Assembly (NCBI RefSeq): GCF_963853765.1
Contig: NC_088854.1
Span: 19,406,001 to 19,470,000, forward strand
Source: Magallana gigas
Taxonomy: Eukaryota
DNA length: 64,000 nt
Direction of reading: 5' to 3'
Shown: piece after piece, positions 61,601 to 64,000 of the stretch
Numbering within the stretch: position 1 is the stretch's first letter
Layout: every line of letters starts with the position of its first letter
Position numbers and translations under genes: made by a program
The notes under the pieces: generated by a model
Databases searched by the model: none
What the model was told of the DNA's origin: nothing
The model's input: only the letters and a program-made list of their open reading frames with translations

Positions 61601-64000
61601 AATGGATACCTGTCGCTTCGGAAGCTGGTGGTACAGAGAACTAAGCTGATAGACGACTCCCAGGACAAGCTTCTGGAACTGCTGGAGGAACTCACCACAG
61701 GTAACTGACATGTGCTTCACGGCTTTGTTTACATGTGTCACCTTGAAATAGTGTTATAAGGGATGTAGTTATGTGATGATATATAAGGAATACATAATGT
61801 TTAGAATTGTGTTAAAAAATCATATGTGGTTCTACATGTATGTTCTACAATAAACAGTTTTGAAACATTATTGATACTTGGGGCTTATTTTTCCGTGCAT
61901 ATACAAACATTTTGTGTATGTTTCAGGCACTGAATCAGAGACTAAGGAGTTCATGCAGGTGTGTGTCCAGACCGTCAACAAGTACCCAGGTGATGACTAC
62001 AGATCTCCAGTCTTCATCTTTGAGAGGCTGTGCAGCATCATTTTCCCTGTAAGTATGAACCCCAAAAATTATTTCAATAGTTAAGATATATGTTTCAATG
62101 GATGATGGATTCATTCTATGGAATCTATATTATTTTCAGGAGGAGAATGATGTAGGGGAGTTTTTGATGATTCTTGAGAAGGACCCTCAACAGGAGGACT
62201 TCCTGCAGGGGAGAATGCTGGGTAATCCTTACAGCTCCAACGAACCAGGACTAGGACCTCTGATGAGGGATGTCAAAAACAAAATCTGTCAAGGTACAGT
62301 GTATTCTGAGAAAACAGCATTTGTCTTAACATACATGTATTTTTTTATACTTACCTACTTCATGTATATCTTTATTTCACAGATTGTGAGTTGGTTGCTT
62401 TGCTGGAAGATGACACAGGAATGGAAGTAAGAAACTACTCATTGAATGCCTTTTAGTATAAAGATCAGAATACTGATTGATATTTTGTTATGGGTCTGAA
62501 GTCAAAAGGGAGGGGATGATGATTTTCACAACAAAAATTGATTTTTAAGTTTTCAGATGAAATTGTATTGTGAATGTATTGTGAAACTTTTATTGCAGCT
62601 GTTAGTGAATAAGAAAATTATAAGCTTGGACTTGCCAGTGAATGAGGTCTACAAGAAGATCTGGGCTCCAGAGCACGGGGAGGGTGAACCTATGCCCATC
62701 ATCTACAGGATGAGGGGACTGTTAGGAGACGCTACTGAAGACATGGTCAACTCACTGGAATCCAACTCAGGTACTGGCCATCAATGTAAATCTTCATGTA
62801 CATATGTGTTGTTTATTTATCTATGTTTATATATCAGTATGCCTTTTTGCTATCATCCATTATGAAATTACTTCTACAGAGGAAGACGTTGATAAGGAAG
62901 AAGTCTACAAAATGGCTTCTGTGTTAGCGGAAGGGGATGGCCTCAAAGTCATGTTAACAAGGTAAATCATGTTCTAATGACAATTTAAAGCAAGGTCAAT
63001 CCAAGTAATTGAAATTTAAACAAAAATGCAAAAATTCATTGTTTTATAACTGTATGGTCCTTAATCTCTGTTCCCTCCTTAGATTGGCCACCATTAAGGA
63101 CCTAGTCTTGGGCAGACAGTTGATGACAGTGCTACTGAAGCTGTTTGGCTTCGTGGTCAATGTGAAGGCTTGTAGACAGGAGCTGATAAAGACAGAGATG
63201 AACACTGTTAACGTGATGCTGGGGGCCCTGAACCTGGCCCTGTGGGCGGAGCAGGAGAGTGGTACCAGCACCAAGGGCCAGACCATCACTGAGCAGATCC
63301 TACACATCATGGAGGTCATTCTGTTGGAGGCCAGCAGTCAGGACCCAGAGATCTACACTGTAAGATACAACAGAGTCAGGCCCCAAAACATGGACCAGCT
63401 CACTTTTAATCTTAGTCTCACTTTTACAAAAGAAAATAATTTCATGGAAAAACAAGACTCTGATTAAAAGACAAAAAGCCTTTCAAAATGTTATGGCTTC
63501 AAGGCCAGTACAAACAATAATTTCATTAGAATTTTAATGTGTTAAACATTAGTTGTGTGTATTGTTTTTTAAGCAACAAAAGATAAACAAGAATTTTATG
63601 TGGTGTAGCATGTTGTAATTCACTTGAATCTATTTGACAGAATTTCTCCAAGTTGTGTGGCAACAAGGATCAGTTGTTGATGTTGCTAGACAGGATTAAC
63701 AGTCCTTTTGTGAGATCCAATCCCAGTGTCCTACAGGGATTAATGAGGCTGATCCCGTTCTTGGCGTTTGGAGAGGAGGATAAAATGTTGGTCCTTCTGA
63801 ACCACTTCAAGCCTTATCTGGACTTCACCAAGTAAGTCATTCAGAACAGTTTTCTTTCATGTAACTAATGAGATAAACTTGTCACATCCATCCCACCCTT
63901 GATGTGTAGATGTCAGAAATGTTCACTGTAAATCTATATTTGTTAATCCTGAATTGTGGTTTCCTTTAGATTTGATTTGGAACATACTCAAGATGAGACA
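31623..64000 (+). CDS. UBR4: E3 ubiquitin-protein ligase UBR4 (p600), many short exons, 3'-partial
   Basis: First coding exon 31623-31744 reads [22 protein letters not shown]. Later exons give [25 protein letters not shown] and [11 protein letters not shown] box at 43341-43780 ([58 protein letters not shown]). Propeller region [34 protein letters not shown]. Cys-rich region [29 protein letters not shown] and [25 protein letters not shown]. Late exons [22 protein letters not shown] and [18 protein letters not shown]. The splice sites checked were GT-AG. The C-terminal several hundred residues lie beyond the window. Confidence 0.98.
32902..33303. mobile_element. TA-flanked MITE (32902-33303) containing a second TA-flanked MITE (32995-33169)
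   Basis: Inner: ta|cagcaaaacccggttataacgaa...ttcgtactaaacgagttttgctg|ta. Outer: degenerate tactttgtaatcat... / ...aattaaaatgattccacagta. Confidence 0.65.
37777..37993. mobile_element. TA-flanked Tc1/mariner-type MITE in a UBR4 intron
   Basis: ta|ctgtaaaccaacttttatttgcg ... cgggaataaaaattggtttagtg|ta. Confidence 0.65.
39816..39890 (-). mobile_element. Retroposon 3' tail fragment, copy 1
   Basis: About 70 nt nearly identical to 51196-51280; on the minus strand it ends in aataaa followed by tgaat-like repeats. Confidence 0.5.
40376..41173. mobile_element. 798-bp Mutator-like (MULE) non-autonomous element with 9-bp target-site duplication
   Basis: TSD gatatttac at 40367-40375 and 41174-41182. 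Long TIRs tagctgcaataatgtagccctctcc / ggagagggctacattattgcagcta, plus inner pair tccataggatctccgtaatggtgcaa / ttgcaccattacggagatcctatgga. Confidence 0.9.
44144..44240 (+). repeat. Three copies of a 32-bp minisatellite starting at a UBR4 donor GT
   Basis: gtacactaacagagccaatag(c/t)atcagcctaa x3. Confidence 0.97.
44268..45190. mobile_element. Helentron-associated (HINE/Pearl-like) element with stem-loop, (GTCC/GTCT)n tract and about 5.5 tandem 146-bp units
   Basis: Stem-loop tatacccccgcaaacgaagtttgggggggtata at 44272-44305; microsatellite at 44320-44384; units start at 44391, 44536, 44684, 44830, 44975 and 45121, each with a tgaccttga...caaggtca palindrome. Confidence 0.85.
51196..51280 (-). 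mobile_element. Retroposon 3' tail fragment, copy 2
   Basis: tttattgacatcaccatgttggcatacagtcaaaatgaaatcaaatgacagacaaaaga, shared with 39816-39890. Confidence 0.5.
56998..57200. mobile_element. TA-flanked MITE in a UBR4 intron
   Basis: tactgtttacagggatattt ... aaatatttccctgtatacagta. Confidence 0.6.
58579..58634. repeat. (TC)n microsatellite
   Basis: About 28 units. Confidence 0.98.

Noticed and set aside
33119-63319. Numerous 60-180 aa minus-strand ORFs inside UBR4
   Set aside because: They coincide with UBR4 exons on the opposite strand and show no coherent nested gene.
1-64000. rRNA, tRNA, CRISPR arrays or prokaryotic operons
   Set aside because: None was recognised; the window is spliceosomal-intron-containing animal DNA throughout.

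Overview
Eukaryotic, AT-rich, intron-rich genomic DNA. It is most likely from an oyster (Crassostrea/Magallana-like), judging from a Cg170-like satellite remnant, TTAA-flanked MITEs and a Helentron-type HINE element. Four conserved multi-exon genes were assembled by hand. They are SNAPIN (minus, cut by the left edge), a complete TRAF2/3-like gene (8 coding exons, 534 aa), a complete BTBD8-like gene (12 coding exons, 796 aa) and most of UBR4 (starts at 31623, runs off the right edge). The transposon-rich 15 kb between BTBD8 and UBR4 holds the most interesting signal: a cluster of small paralogous genes that the ORF track only shows in fragments. Two full models (115 and 126 aa, minus strand) and one partial model (plus strand) share YLxxx|C with the Cys codon split by a phase-1 intron, a second Cys, a charged linker, a short Leu-rich LLF segment and a Pro/Thr-rich tail. 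The two full models start with signal-peptide-like sequence. I do not recognise this family. The window also has many short tandem duplications anchored on splice sites, a hairpin whose loop recurs inverted in neighbouring copies, and one 130-N assembly gap. All gene models come from manual reading of splice sites, without RNA evidence or database searches.
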